From an uncultured Thermoplasmatales archaeon (GTDB lineage Archaea; Thermoplasmatota; E2; DHVEG-1), in the NCBI GenBank assembly GCA_964638175.1, contig CAZWZY010000007.1, positions 2,071-66,070 on the forward strand: DNA of 64,000 bases, written 5' to 3'. This document shows, one piece after another, positions 40,031 through 50,639 of this stretch. Below the pieces are notes generated by a model, which was not told the origin of the DNA, made no database searches, and was given only the letters and a program-made list of their open reading frames with translations. A program made the translations under genes and the position numbers. Every line of letters starts with the position of its first letter. The stretch's first letter is position 1.

Positions 40031-40359
40031 TGTTGTTTTTTGTAAAACCAACACAAGAAGGAAACAAAAAGTCCCAGGTTGAAGGGGGAGTTGATGTATA
40101 TCACATGGTTCGTCATGGAGTACTTAGCTCCGATTCACACCGAAAAAATGATTCTTTTCCTCCGACCCAGAATATAATCTATGTTTTATAACCTTAAATA
40201 AGTATTGATTCGTTAGTTTCTCATATCTAACCCAACTGTCAATTTAAGTAATTTTAACGAACGATTTTTTCTGGTAATTCATGTTGAAAACGTCTTAAGT
40301 TGACAACCACCTAATCCATCAAAAATGTTAATATCGACCAGTTTATTCAGGTTGTTGCT

Positions 40360-40473
40360 GCAGGGGTAGCCAAGCCTGGCCAACGGCGCAGGACTTAAGA
40401 TCAAATCATCAGAAGGGTTCGAGGAGACATCCTGTCTCGAAGGAGTCCGAGGGTTCAAATCCCTTCCCCTGCA
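40360..40473 (+). tRNA. tRNA-Leu (anticodon TAA) with a 29-nt intron in the anticodon loop (about 40400-40428)
   Basis: It is a class II tRNA: acceptor GCAGGGG/CCCCTGC, D-arm GCC-13nt-GGC, anticodon stem CAGGA/TCCTG interrupted after CTTAAG, a long variable arm, and T-loop TTCAAAT. Confidence 0.75.
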
Positions 40474-40606
40474 TCTTTTTTATGATTTTAACAGGAGAAA
40501 AACAGGTTTTTATCCAAATTTATTCCCCTGCACTTTTGATATAACCTTAAGTTTTATAACCATCAAGCATATATGTGGTAAACACGAAGTGCGGAAGGAG
40601 AGATGC

Positions 40607-41341
40607 ATGGCTGAAAAAGAGTTATGTAAGGTTGGAATAGAAGAACTAGACACACAACTTGGTGGAGGCATACCAGTTGGCAACACCGTACTAATGGTTG
40701 GCAGTAGTGGTTCAGGAAAAACAACAACCTGTATGCAGTTTTTAATCAATGGAGCAAGACAAGGTGAGCGTGGCGTCTTTTTTACGATTACTGAACCTCT
40801 TTTTAAGTTAACCAAGAATATGGCTGGTTTTGAGTTTTACGACAAAAAACTCATCGAATCAGGGATGGTCAATCTTATCGACTTGCGGATTATTAGCGAA
40901 AGACTTGGACTGGACACCGAAAAATATAGTGTTGAAGATGCAAGTGCACTGCTTGATATCTTGCGAGACATTGCCGATGAATTGAATGTCAAACGATTAG
41001 TCATCGATTCTATTACCGCATTGTGTTACCGATTGCAAACTCGGGAGATGATTCGAGATTTTATCTTTAAGTTGGGATCATCACTTGCAGCCATGAGCTG
41101 TACAACCTTTCTAACTTCAGAGGTTCCACCCCAGGTGTTTCAATATTCTCAATACGGTATTGAAGAGTTCATCGCGGACGGTATCATCTTCTTAGGCGAT
41201 GTTGATCGCCAGGGTGATCTCATCAGGACCTTACAAATTGTCAAAATGAGAGGTACGGCCCACAGCAGAACAAAATCTGCCATGAGCATTTCCTCGAAAA
41301 ATGGCATTGAATTGGCACCGTTACTCAAATCAACTAGGTGA
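40607..41341 (+). CDS. KaiC-like RecA-superfamily ATPase (intact Walker A)
   Basis: It has GIEELDTQLGGGIPVGNTVLMVGSSGSGKTT (KaiC N-terminal signature plus P-loop) and a Walker B RLVIDS. Confidence 0.7.
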   Translation: MAEKELCKVGIEELDTQLGGGIPVGNTVLMVGSSGSGKTTTCMQFLINGARQGERGVFFTITEPLFKLTKNMAGFEFYDKKLIESGMVNLIDLRIISERLGLDTEKYSVEDASALLDILRDIADELNVKRLVIDSITALCYRLQTREMIRDFIFKLGSSLAAMSCTTFLTSEVPPQVFQYSQYGIEEFIADGIIFLGDVDRQGDLIRTLQIVKMRGTAHSRTKSAMSISSKNGIELAPLLKSTR

Positions 41342-41931
41342 AATGTGTAATGGCAAATACATTAATTGATGGATTACAAGAGCGCATATCAAACGCAATC
41401 AAAGTCAATCAGTCAGTGGGCATCATTCTTCCAGGAAACAACTATGCAGATTTAATGCAAGCACTCTTTGAGCGTATGAAGAGCAAACCTGAGGATGCCT
41501 GGGTGTATGTAGCAATTACTCGACCATATGATAGCGTCGTAAAGCAATTTGGAAATTTTGCAGAATTGCGAAATGTACGCTTTATTGATTGTATCTCTCA
41601 GGCAGCAGGAATCTCAAAAACAGATCCTCATTGCACCTTTATCGAAAGTCCTGCCTTGCTTGAAAAGCTCATTATGGAGATTATGGATACCTTTAAAGGG
41701 CTTGATGAGAATGTGGAAAAATATCTAGTAATCGATTCATTAAGCTCGCTACTTATCTATAACGATGCGCAGTTAGTCACCGAGTTTTTTACACATTTGA
41801 CTAACAGAACACGACTGGCAGATGTGCATACGGTCTCACTGGTGGTTGAAGAAGAATCAAATGAAAACGTGAACAAAATCATTTACTTGAGAAGTGACAA
41901 GATCATCAAAGTGAGAGAATCGTTTATATAA
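41338..41931 (+). CDS. KaiC-like/DUF835-like domain protein lacking a P-loop
   Basis: It has the same approximate length and hydrophobic-strand pattern (YLVIDSLSSL) as a RecA fold but no GxxxxGK[ST]. It resembles the middle domain of the response regulator at 17138..18718. Confidence 0.45.
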   Translation: MKCVMANTLIDGLQERISNAIKVNQSVGIILPGNNYADLMQALFERMKSKPEDAWVYVAITRPYDSVVKQFGNFAELRNVRFIDCISQAAGISKTDPHCTFIESPALLEKLIMEIMDTFKGLDENVEKYLVIDSLSSLLIYNDAQLVTEFFTHLTNRTRLADVHTVSLVVEEESNENVNKIIYLRSDKIIKVRESFI

Positions 41932-41945
41932 ATAAGGAGGGGATA

Positions 41946-42530
41946 GTGATGGGAGAACCCTTTAAAAAAATAGCATCATCACAAGATCATACAGTATGGT
42001 TGACGCAACCAAAGGAGCTTGAAGAGTTACTGAAACGACGAGAGATTGCGTTTCAGGTAACGCAGGGCAAGCTAAAGGATAGTGGTGGCAAGATCGAAAC
42101 GGCGATACAAACAGCAGAGGCATTTGGTCGCGGGCTCTTTGCCGAATTTATTAATGGAAAAGCAGACTACCGAACCATGGACAAGTGGGTAACACCAGTT
42201 GTTGAGCACATTCTCAATCCCTTAGGAACAGGAGCGACATTTACCAACATTACAGAACATGAAGCAACCTCCCGCATTTTCCGATGTCCGCTCCATGAAC
42301 ACGCAGAAGATCCGCATCTAGCATCGCTCTTTACCTATGGATTTCTACGAGGTATGCTCTTAAGTGCCTTTCCTCAAGGAGAACTCTTAATGAAAAGTAG
42401 CATGGCTCATGGGTCACCTACCTTAGATTTTACGTTTAAGACGAGCCCAAATAGTACTGAAAGGGGGGAGCGAGAACGGGTGAAATACCTTCATCACAAC
42501 CATTCCAATCAAAAGAACGAAACAAAATGA
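41946..42530 (+). CDS. Hypothetical protein in the KaiC-like operon
   Basis: It is a 194-aa ORF that is translationally coupled on both sides. Confidence 0.35.
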   Translation: MMGEPFKKIASSQDHTVWLTQPKELEELLKRREIAFQVTQGKLKDSGGKIETAIQTAEAFGRGLFAEFINGKADYRTMDKWVTPVVEHILNPLGTGATFTNITEHEATSRIFRCPLHEHAEDPHLASLFTYGFLRGMLLSAFPQGELLMKSSMAHGSPTLDFTFKTSPNSTERGERERVKYLHHNHSNQKNETK

Positions 42531-43291
42531 GTGACGAGGAATTTGTGAGCACTGGCATCGAAAAGCTCGATAAACTATTAGAAGGAGGCATCCCTCGAGG
42601 ATTTACAACCATTATTATGGGGACACCTGGAAGTAGCATTGAAATTTTAAGTAAACAATTGGCAAGTATAGGAAAAACACTCTACATTACTACTGAAGAA
42701 ACAGAAAAAGAAGTGAAAGAAACCATGGAGCGATTTGGATGGGATCCTTCCAAAATCGAGTTTGTTGATATTGCCTCAAAATATTCGCAAAATGTCATTA
42801 AAGGAGAACAGCGGCGGGTAAGTGTCTATGAACAACGATCAAAACTCAAGCTAAAAGAACTCATTGAAATAGGGTCATCAGGCATGCCTCCTACGGTCAA
42901 AGGCGAAGAAGATTTTTTAGCAATTTTATCAAATAAAATAAAATCAGCAACTTGTGAAAAAGTGGTGGTCAATTCGCTTGACTTTTTTCTCAGCCAATTC
43001 TCACAAGAAGAAGTCTTTCGTACCATCCATGCATCAAAAATTAGCAATCTCCAACACAAGGGGGCCCTCTTTATCATCATGACTCGCGGTATCCACGGAG
43101 ACATTTTTGAGCGGAAAATGGAAGGGATTGCCGACTGTGTCCTAGAGCTTGAAGTGCTCCAAAAAGGATCAACCTTTGAACGATTTTTGGCGGTAAAAAA
43201 GATGAGAAACTATGCCAAAAAAATTGGCATTGCCCGATATGTTATTGACAGTGATGGGTTTGTCCTAGAGATGATCGAGAGAATCATGTAA
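42527..43291 (+). CDS. KaiC-like ATPase-fold protein with degenerate Walker A
   Basis: It has GIEKLDKLLEGGIPRGFTTIIMGTPGSS (the KaiC N-terminal motif, but the P-loop lacks GK[ST]) and a Walker-B-like VVVNSLD. Confidence 0.55.
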   Translation: MSDEEFVSTGIEKLDKLLEGGIPRGFTTIIMGTPGSSIEILSKQLASIGKTLYITTEETEKEVKETMERFGWDPSKIEFVDIASKYSQNVIKGEQRRVSVYEQRSKLKLKELIEIGSSGMPPTVKGEEDFLAILSNKIKSATCEKVVVNSLDFFLSQFSQEEVFRTIHASKISNLQHKGALFIIMTRGIHGDIFERKMEGIADCVLELEVLQKGSTFERFLAVKKMRNYAKKIGIARYVIDSDGFVLEMIERIM

Positions 43292-43333
43292 GCTCTATTT
43301 GAAGAAAGAGGAGCAATAAAGAGACCTGTTTTA

Positions 43334-44035
43334 CTACCCTAATTGCATGAGAATGTCGTTAATTTCAGCATATAATGCATTATAGATCTCTACCTCATCG
43401 GCGTGCTCATTGATACGTACATTTGCCTTATTTACTTCATTACTTCCTTCGCTGTTTTTCTCTTCTTTATAAAACTCGCAGGCGTTTTTCATATACTCTG
43501 ATGCTTTAGAAAGGAAATAGGTTCGATTTGATGCCGATATGCATAATTGAGCATAAGTACTACAAAGACCCTGATAGATACTGTTCGTAGTATAAGTTTT
43601 AGCATTGGTAAAGAGTACCTCTGCATCTCGATATTTTTGGCCGGCAACACTATAATTAGTGAGTGAACGATTGAAAGAAGCGATAGCGGCATCCCACTGA
43701 TCAGCGGCATATGCATTTCCGCCAGCAAGATAGCCGGCATCAGCGGTTTCTTTTATACTTCGTGCCAACCGAAAAGTTCCTTCAGCGGTAAAAAAAGCAG
43801 TGGTAAAATTTTGGGAGGCGTTCCGTTGTTCTGCTACTTCTTCCAATGTCGACCTTGTCTCTTGTAATGTTTCTTCAGTAGTATTTAAGGATTTTTTAGT
43901 TGTCAAGAGCTCGTCTTTACAGGTCAATGCCTCTTGCTCCAATTCATCATTATATAATGTCACGATAACAATAAATCCAATACTGACCACAAGCAGTATC
44001 TCCAACACAATAATCATGATCTTAAATTTATCCAT
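43334..44035 (-). CDS. Membrane-anchored coiled-coil hypothetical protein
   Basis: It has an N-terminal TM helix followed by a helical/coiled region. Confidence 0.35.
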   Translation of the reverse strand: MDKFKIMIIVLEILLVVSIGFIVIVTLYNDELEQEALTCKDELLTTKKSLNTTEETLQETRSTLEEVAEQRNASQNFTTAFFTAEGTFRLARSIKETADAGYLAGGNAYAADQWDAAIASFNRSLTNYSVAGQKYRDAEVLFTNAKTYTTNSIYQGLCSTYAQLCISASNRTYFLSKASEYMKNACEFYKEEKNSEGSNEVNKANVRINEHADEVEIYNALYAEINDILMQLG

Positions 44036-44145
44036 CTTGATCTCTCCCTACCGCAAAACGAAATGATGTATCTCTTTATAAAGCATATTCAAAAACAGAA
44101 GGAAAAAACAATGATGGAAAAAGGACGTCGTCAGCGTAGTCGGTT

Positions 44146-44649
44146 CTACTTTGGTGAAAACAGTTTGATAGCGATATCAAAACTACTCTCATCGACTGCT
44201 GGTACTATACTCTCTAGCAGGGGCGAAGAGGCTCCTTTGCTCGGTATACTAAAGAGTATACTATCCTCGTCAAGTGAAGGAGAGATATTTTCCATGTCTT
44301 CTTGAGGATCTTCCTCAGGAGGCTCGTTCTGAGGGTCAGCGTTATTCCCACCGCTAGGTGGTATGTAGGGATCTTCCTCAGGAGGATCTTCTTCTGGTGC
44401 ATCCTCGGAGGGGGGTTCTAGGGAGTCTTCAGGTGGGTCGTCTCGGGGGAGACCAAACTCTTCATCTTCAGAGCCTTCCTGGTCTTCAGGTTCAGAGACA
44501 CCCATATCTTCATCAGGAGATACTCCCCCGCCAATTGTTCCGCCAGGTGGTGAGGTGCCACCAATAAGTTTACCAGCAAGAATAGTGGGGACTAATGCAG
44601 TTCCTGCAATCAAAACGAATATAAGAACACCTGCTGGTATACGTCTCAA
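44146..44649 (-). CDS. Secreted acidic Pro/Glu/Asp-rich low-complexity protein
   Basis: It has a signal/TM N-terminus followed by PEED-rich repeats. Confidence 0.35.
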   Translation of the reverse strand: MRRIPAGVLIFVLIAGTALVPTILAGKLIGGTSPPGGTIGGGVSPDEDMGVSEPEDQEGSEDEEFGLPRDDPPEDSLEPPSEDAPEEDPPEEDPYIPPSGGNNADPQNEPPEEDPQEDMENISPSLDEDSILFSIPSKGASSPLLESIVPAVDESSFDIAIKLFSPK

Positions 44650-44763
44650 TTCCTCACCATGTTATACTTTGTAAAACCGTATATTTAAAACTTTCTTGTA
44701 AAACTAACAATTTGTTAAAATAACACGAGGATGAAGCCTCTCACAGAAACTTAACTATCTATC

Positions 44764-45288
44764 TTAGTAAATAAGAACGGCTTTAACACCTTTTGCTTTT
44801 CTAATCTTAGGAATGAGCGTGCCAGGGATTTGCTTTTCAGTTACAATGAACAAACGAGGTTCATCAGACAATTCAAAATCGTCAACAATGGCTTGACGAA
44901 CGCTAACGTTATTTTGTGCGATAATGGCAGTAACCGCTGTCAAGATACCTGGCATACTAGGATCTTTAGGGATGATTTCAATTACTCCCCACTGCATAGC
45001 TGTAGCAACATCTCTCAGATGACAGGTTGGCCGAAGCTGAGAAAAAACCTTTTGTAACTCTGAATGGTGGTGAATTGTCTTAATTGTTGCTGCAATTGCC
45101 CGCCTATCAGTATCCAGCGCACGGGCAATTTTAGAATCTGAAAGCTCGATATTTCCGCAATAAATTTTATTTCCTTGAACCCGCAATCCATATTCTAACA
45201 TCTTTTGTGCAACAATCCTTTGCTTTGGATATTCATTAAAATATCTCACAAATTGTTTCCACATACTGTATACTAGACACTGAATCAT
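44764..45288 (-). CDS. Putative ACT-domain regulator of amino-acid metabolism (COG2150-like)
   Basis: It has an N-terminal HTH-like region and a C-terminal beta-alpha-beta-beta-alpha-beta ACT-like segment. It is divergent from trpB2. Confidence 0.35.
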   Translation of the reverse strand: MIQCLVYSMWKQFVRYFNEYPKQRIVAQKMLEYGLRVQGNKIYCGNIELSDSKIARALDTDRRAIAATIKTIHHHSELQKVFSQLRPTCHLRDVATAMQWGVIEIIPKDPSMPGILTAVTAIIAQNNVSVRQAIVDDFELSDEPRLFIVTEKQIPGTLIPKIRKAKGVKAVLIY

Positions 45289-45397
45289 ATATAAATTTTG
45301 TTCATTTTTTAAATATTACAAGCTATAATGTATAATTTTATACATTAACGTACAAATTTAGAAATATTTAAATACCTCCTAGGCGCTATAGTATTGT

Positions 45398-46756
45398 ATG
45401 CACAAAACAAAGATACTCCTTGACGAAAATGAGATACCAAAGCATTGGTACAATATCCAAGCAGACTTAAAAACACCACTAGAGCCTCCACTGAATCCTC
45501 AAACAAAACAGCCCATTGGCCCCGATGACCTGAAAGCAATCTTTCCTCTTGAACTTATTAAACAGGAAGTCAGTCAAGAACGACACATACCTATCCCTCA
45601 AGAGGTTCGAGACATCTATCGAATTTGGAGACCGACACCGCTTTATCGTGCCACACGTCTTGAGCAGGCACTCAAGACACCAGCACAGATCTACTACAAA
45701 TGGGAAGGAGTAAGCCCGCCGGGCAGTCATAAACCAAACTCAGCAGTACCGCAAGCGTATTATAATATGAAAGCAGGCGTTGAGTGCATTGTCACCGAGA
45801 CGGGGGCAGGGCAATGGGGTTCATCTCTTGCCTTTAGTACAAGCATTTTCGACTTACAATGCCGCATCTATATGGTCAAATGTAGCTATGAACAGAAACC
45901 ATATCGACGTGTGCTCATGGAAAATTGGGGGGCTGAAGTATTTTCGAGTCCTACTACGTTAACCAATGCCGGTAAACAAATTCTGAAACAAGACCCAAAA
46001 ACCTCTGGAAGTCTCGGTATTGCCATTAGCGAAGCTGTGGAAGATGCGGCAACACATGATCATACTAACTACGCGCTTGGTTCAGTATTAAACCATGTGG
46101 TGTTACATCAAACTGTGATTGGGCTTGAACTGAAAAAACAATTTGAACTGCTTGACACCTACCCCGATATTATTTGTGGGTGTGTGGGTGGAGGAAGTAA
46201 TTTTTCAGGAGCAAGTTTTCCTTTTGTTCGTGATAAAATTCTTGGAAAAAAACCAAACTTAAAGATTATTTCCTGTGAGCCTCTTGCGTGTCCAACATTA
46301 ACAAAGGGAGCATTTCGATATGACTTTGGGGATACAGTCGGCCTTACACCTCTTCTTAAAATGTACACCCTAGGTCATACATTTGTTCCCCAAGCTATCC
46401 ATGCAGGTGGACTTCGTTACCATGGTGATTCCCCACTTCTTTCCAAATTGACCAAAGAAGGATACATGGAAGCAGTTGCCTACCATCAAAATGAAGTATT
46501 TGATGCAGCAAGACTCTTTGCCCAAACAGAAGGATTTATTGTTGCACCAGAATCAGCTCATGCGGTCAAAGCAGCGATTGATTTTGCCAGAATGTGTAAA
46601 CAAAACAATGAGAAAAAAGTCATTGTTTTAGCAAATAGTGGACATGGTCATTTCGATCTTTCTTCCTATGATGCTTATCACCAAAGGCAACTTCAGGATT
46701 ATGCACATCCTGAAGTAAAGATTAAACAAGCAATGGCATCACTTCCATCAATATAG
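45398..46756 (+). CDS. trpB: Tryptophan synthase beta chain, stand-alone TrpB2 type
   Basis: It has a TrpB2-specific N-terminal extension ([12 protein letters not shown]...[19 protein letters not shown]). The PLP-fold motif is HKPNSAV...[11 protein letters not shown]. Confidence 0.85.
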   Translation: MHKTKILLDENEIPKHWYNIQADLKTPLEPPLNPQTKQPIGPDDLKAIFPLELIKQEVSQERHIPIPQEVRDIYRIWRPTPLYRATRLEQALKTPAQIYYKWEGVSPPGSHKPNSAVPQAYYNMKAGVECIVTETGAGQWGSSLAFSTSIFDLQCRIYMVKCSYEQKPYRRVLMENWGAEVFSSPTTLTNAGKQILKQDPKTSGSLGIAISEAVEDAATHDHTNYALGSVLNHVVLHQTVIGLELKKQFELLDTYPDIICGCVGGGSNFSGASFPFVRDKILGKKPNLKIISCEPLACPTLTKGAFRYDFGDTVGLTPLLKMYTLGHTFVPQAIHAGGLRYHGDSPLLSKLTKEGYMEAVAYHQNEVFDAARLFAQTEGFIVAPESAHAVKAAIDFARMCKQNNEKKVIVLANSGHGHFDLSSYDAYHQRQLQDYAHPEVKIKQAMASLPSI

Positions 46757-46761
46757 TCAGT

Positions 46762-47202
46762 ATGTTAACAGGCAAACATGAATATGCAACTATAGGTACA
46801 AGAATATATTCAGCAGGCGACTATTTTATAAAGGGGGATACTATATGTGATATGGAAGCACTGGATGGGATGCGGAAAGCAATGGCTCAGGATGAGGTAG
46901 ACGTTAAAAGACCGCTTGTAGTACGCTCTCTTAGGAGAAGTAACATTAGAAAAAAAATTGCAGAGTATCTTTTTGATATTAGTCCTAGTTGTAGCTATAC
47001 TTCTGAGATTGCCTATCATGTGAAAACCACACCAACCAATGTCATCGGCGCTATAAGAGGTATGGACTCTCGATACCGAAAAGACGAGTCACTGATGAAT
47101 CTAGACATTGTAGAAATGAAAAATGAAGGAAAGGATATCAAACTGTATGGTCTTACTCCATTTGGAAAAGAAATTGTTGAGAACATGAAACAAGAAAAAT
47201 AA
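46762..47202 (+). CDS. Putative winged-helix DNA-binding protein
   Basis: It has a basic N-terminus and an HTH-like YTSEIAYHVKTTPTNVIGAIRGM. The assignment is weak. Confidence 0.3.
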   Translation: MLTGKHEYATIGTRIYSAGDYFIKGDTICDMEALDGMRKAMAQDEVDVKRPLVVRSLRRSNIRKKIAEYLFDISPSCSYTSEIAYHVKTTPTNVIGAIRGMDSRYRKDESLMNLDIVEMKNEGKDIKLYGLTPFGKEIVENMKQEK

Positions 47203-47280
47203 AAGGAATGGCTAAAGAAAAGAGTTAAGAACCACAGTGCTTAATAAGGAGGTACTGATATCGGTTTTGGACATTACTCT

Positions 47281-48303
47281 TTGGGGGAAATAATTATGAA
47301 AAAAGGAGAAGCATCAACAGCAAAGATTGGTACAGCATTGTTAAAAAAAGGATTTGCTAAGATGCAAAAAGGTGGCGTTGTCATGGATGTCACCAATAAA
47401 GATCAGGCGATTATTGCTGAGGAGAGTGGTGCTGTTGCAGTCATGGCTCTGGAGCGAGTTCCTGCTGATATTCGAGCTCATGGTGGCGTTGCACGGATGG
47501 CCGATCCTGCAATCATCCAAGAAATCATGGATGCGGTAAGTATCCCAGTGATGGCAAAAGCACGCATTGGTCATTTTGCCGAGGCCCAAGCATTGGAGTC
47601 GCTTGGTGTTGATATGATTGATGAATCAGAGGTGCTAACCCCTGCAGATCCATTTTATCACATTGATAAACGTGCATTCACCATTCCCTTTGTCTGTGGA
47701 TGCCGAAATCTGGGTGAAGCAGTACGACGAATATGGGAAGGGGCTGCAATGATTCGTACAAAAGGCGAAGCAGGAACAGGAAACATCATCGAAGCAATTC
47801 GTCATCAGCGAATGGTTATGGGTGCAATATCCTTGTTACAAACCATGGACAACGATGAACTCCATCATTTGGCAGAAACATATGCACAAAGTTATATCAC
47901 TGCCATAAAAACAATTACTGCTCGAGAAGAAATCGATGATGACATGCTTGTTTTTGAAAAATACACCTATGGTACCGTAAAAAGGGGACTGTTTGAAATT
48001 CTTAATGATATCAAAAATGTCCATCATCGCCTTCCAGTTGTTAATTTTGCTGCAGGTGGTGTTGCTACTCCTGCAGATGCAGCGATTATGATGCAGTTGG
48101 GAAGCGATGGCGTCTTTGTGGGGTCAGGTATTTTTAAATCAGACAATCCTCAAGAACGAGCGCGAGCCATTGTTGAATCAGTTGCTCATTACGACGAGCC
48201 TAAGATTATCGCTGAAGTAAGTAAGAATCTTGGGGAAGCGATGGTTGGTATTGAGATCGAAACCATACCCAAAGAACAACTCTTACAGGACCGAGGATGG
48301 TAA
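47281..48303 (+). CDS. pdxS: Pyridoxal 5'-phosphate synthase lyase subunit PdxS
   Basis: It has GGVIMDV-type motifs (GGVVMDVTN), [10 protein letters not shown] and [10 protein letters not shown]. Confidence 0.9.
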   Translation: MGEIIMKKGEASTAKIGTALLKKGFAKMQKGGVVMDVTNKDQAIIAEESGAVAVMALERVPADIRAHGGVARMADPAIIQEIMDAVSIPVMAKARIGHFAEAQALESLGVDMIDESEVLTPADPFYHIDKRAFTIPFVCGCRNLGEAVRRIWEGAAMIRTKGEAGTGNIIEAIRHQRMVMGAISLLQTMDNDELHHLAETYAQSYITAIKTITAREEIDDDMLVFEKYTYGTVKRGLFEILNDIKNVHHRLPVVNFAAGGVATPADAAIMMQLGSDGVFVGSGIFKSDNPQERARAIVESVAHYDEPKIIAEVSKNLGEAMVGIEIETIPKEQLLQDRGW

Positions 48304-48896
48304 AAAAAGCCACTATTGGTATTCTAGGAATTCAAGGAGCCGTTTCTGAGCATATCATGGCAATGGAAAAGGCACTTAATGAATCTAGCACACTCGGAAA
48401 TGTTCTCGTTGTCAAACGCCAATCAGACATTGATACTATCGATGCACTTGTTTTACCTGGTGGAGAAAGCACCCACATGTCAAAGCTATTGGATAAAACA
48501 GGCATCTATAACACTATCATAAAACGAATACAAAAAAACAATCTTCCTATTATGGGGACCTGCGCTGGTTGTGTGCTTCTTGCAAAACAGTTGACGAAAG
48601 AAGAGAATGATATTCATTTACTACATGCCATGGACATGACAGTCACCAGAAATGCATTTGGTCGTCAAAAAGAATCGTTTGAACAGCCAATTGAGATCGA
48701 AGGTTTTTCTAAACCATATCACGCGATATTTATTAGAGCACCGGTTATTGACACTGTTAAGAGTACAACTAAAGCACTTGCACGCGTTGATAACAAAATA
48801 GTAATGGCAAGGCAAGGAAAGTTTCTTGCCCTGTCCTTTCACCCTGAACTCACAGATGACCTCAGGATTCATTCATATTTTTTAACGATGATTTAA
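48297..48896 (+). CDS. pdxT: PLP synthase glutaminase subunit PdxT
   Basis: It has [10 protein letters not shown], the catalytic GTCAG motif and a C-terminal SFHPE motif. It overlaps pdxS by 7 nt. Confidence 0.85.
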   Translation: MVKKATIGILGIQGAVSEHIMAMEKALNESSTLGNVLVVKRQSDIDTIDALVLPGGESTHMSKLLDKTGIYNTIIKRIQKNNLPIMGTCAGCVLLAKQLTKEENDIHLLHAMDMTVTRNAFGRQKESFEQPIEIEGFSKPYHAIFIRAPVIDTVKSTTKALARVDNKIVMARQGKFLALSFHPELTDDLRIHSYFLTMI

Positions 48897-49207
48897 GCCT
48901 TCATGATTGCAAGCAGGAATATCCCTAGTGCAATCAGGGCACCAACAACTGCACCGATAACGGCAACAATTCCTTTGGTTATGGATCCAACAAAATTCAT
49001 AATCGCGGGCACCGGTCCTAAGAACGTGAGGAGGCCTGCACCCCAGAGGAACAATACAAAGACGATTAATCCTATAATAATTAATATTGCCCCAACTGCT
49101 CTGCTTTTACCTGATCCAAAATAGGCCGTAAAAATTCCTGCGATGATGCTTGCAATGGCAAAAACTAGCATCAACATGCTCAAAAAATATTGTAACAAGT
49201 CTGTCAT
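48893..49207 (-). CDS. Small integral membrane protein (Gly/Ala/Ile-rich, 3-4 TM)
   Basis: It is hydrophobic throughout. Confidence 0.4.
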   Translation of the reverse strand: MTDLLQYFLSMLMLVFAIASIIAGIFTAYFGSGKSRAVGAILIIIGLIVFVLFLWGAGLLTFLGPVPAIMNFVGSITKGIVAVIGAVVGALIALGIFLLAIMKA

Positions 49208-49222
49208 TCTTTTTTCACCTCA

Positions 49223-49456
49223 TTAGAATTTTGTTCCTGTTAAGGTTTTCGTATCAATAACACCTTCAATCGATCGAATTCTGTTTACCACAATGTTTCC
49301 AAGTCGTTCAAAATCTTCTGCTTCAATCTTTGCGATTAGGTCATATTCGCCAAACAGTGGATGGAGTTCAACAATCTCTGGCACTTTGGAAAGTTTATTA
49401 TAGACTTCATGTTCGTGTGCCGGCGCAGCGCTAATGAGTACGAAACCTATAGCCAT
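49223..49456 (-). CDS. Stand-alone Lrp/AsnC C-terminal (RAM) domain protein
   Basis: It has VYNKLSKVPEIVELHPLFGEYDLIAKIEA...IEGVIDTKT, the RAM-domain signature. Confidence 0.65.
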   Translation of the reverse strand: MAIGFVLISAAPAHEHEVYNKLSKVPEIVELHPLFGEYDLIAKIEAEDFERLGNIVVNRIRSIEGVIDTKTLTGTKF

Positions 49457-49551
49457 ATATTGCTCACCTTATGCCCCTTATATGGTTTTGTCATATAAAC
49501 CTTTTCAAAAAATATCCCTCCAAGAATAGCATATTTTTAATAGCAGTTGTA

Positions 49552-50067
49552 TTAATCGCGACCTTTAACAGCTATCTTTATCTTTTTCTTATTCACGGAA
49601 ACAAGTTTCTTAAGATCGAGAGTAACACCTTTTTCAATGATATACTCATCTATCGGTTTTTTGGGTAATTGGCCGTCTACTTCGTAAATATAATATCCTT
49701 TATCTCCATCAATTGATTGTATGTAATAATTATTTCCTGCTTTTTTTATTTCAATACCGGGGACTTGTTGTAATGCATCAAAAATACTTTTTTTCTTTGA
49801 AAGTTCAATAGACGTCGTATGAAGGAATGGTTCCAATGTTTTTTCTAAACTACGAGACTTTGTTGTCAATAAATACGTATTTCCGATTACCCGTTTGTTG
49901 ATTAAATCTGCCTCTTCAAGAATTTTGATGTGTCTGGCAGTTACAGGTACTGAGATACCAAGCTCTCTTGCTAAACCTGACACATGCATCTCTTTTTGGC
50001 ATAACTTCTGAAGTATAGTTATTCTTGTTGAACTTTGTAACGCCCGGAAGAGAGTAATGTTACCCAT
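49552..50067 (-). CDS. ArsR-family wHTH transcriptional regulator with C-terminal extension
   Basis: It has RITILQKLCQKEMHVSGLARELGISVPVTARHIKILEEADLI. Confidence 0.6.
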   Translation of the reverse strand: MGNITLFRALQSSTRITILQKLCQKEMHVSGLARELGISVPVTARHIKILEEADLINKRVIGNTYLLTTKSRSLEKTLEPFLHTTSIELSKKKSIFDALQQVPGIEIKKAGNNYYIQSIDGDKGYYIYEVDGQLPKKPIDEYIIEKGVTLDLKKLVSVNKKKIKIAVKGRD

Positions 50068-50116
50068 ATTGATAACAATTGTTATCTAAAATGTTAGATT
50101 TTAATCTTTCCCCACC

Positions 50117-50584
50117 ATGTCCTTATTTATGCAACAACGTAAAAAAGCCACGATCGTCTACCTATCGAAGATTCTTATTCCTGTCACGGTAGTGATAAGT
50201 CTATTTTTAGGAGGGATTGGCGCAGGTATTATTACCTTTGAACCGCCTGAAGAAGTAAGTAGCGAAGAAAAAGTTTCTGCGACGCTTGTTCTTGACTTTG
50301 GGGATGGAACACGCTATTCTACGGCGTTGACGATAGAAAACGCAACAGTGTTCGATGTATTGCTCGAACTAGAAAAACAGGGTGCCATCACTATCGAAAC
50401 AACATATTGGGAATCATTCGATAGCTATTCGGTGGACTCGATAATCTATAAAGATGTAGCATATGCTGGAGATGCTGGCCATTACTGGGCATTCTATGTA
50501 AATGGAGAAGCATCGATGCAGGGTGCAGATAAAGTCTATGTACATGACAATGACGTAATCGAATGGAAATTTGTAGGATTTTAG
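50117..50584 (+). CDS. DUF4430-domain (transcobalamin-like) protein with N-terminal membrane anchor
   Basis: It has LVLDFGDG....ENATVFDVL...YVNGE...GAD...D.I.W. Confidence 0.5.
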   Translation: MSLFMQQRKKATIVYLSKILIPVTVVISLFLGGIGAGIITFEPPEEVSSEEKVSATLVLDFGDGTRYSTALTIENATVFDVLLELEKQGAITIETTYWESFDSYSVDSIIYKDVAYAGDAGHYWAFYVNGEASMQGADKVYVHDNDVIEWKFVGF

Positions 50585-50639
50585 GAATAAAATAGAAAAC
50601 ATTTAAAAGAAGATTGCTATCACGATATGGGAGGACAAA

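Noticed and set aside
39960-40035. Split-tRNA (separate 3'-half gene) hypothesis for the tRNA-Gly fragment
   Set aside because: The fragment begins in the anticodon loop rather than at position 38 with a complementary leader. A complete tRNA-Gly(TCC) already exists 1.4 kb upstream. An integration scar or degenerate duplicate is more parsimonious.
39979-40191. 70-aa ORF overlapping the tRNA-Gly 3' fragment
   Set aside because: It starts inside the tRNA-like sequence and has no RBS or promoter, so it is likely non-coding.
47341-48027. Short ORFs on both strands inside pdxS
   Set aside because: They lie within a highly conserved PdxS CDS and are artefactual.
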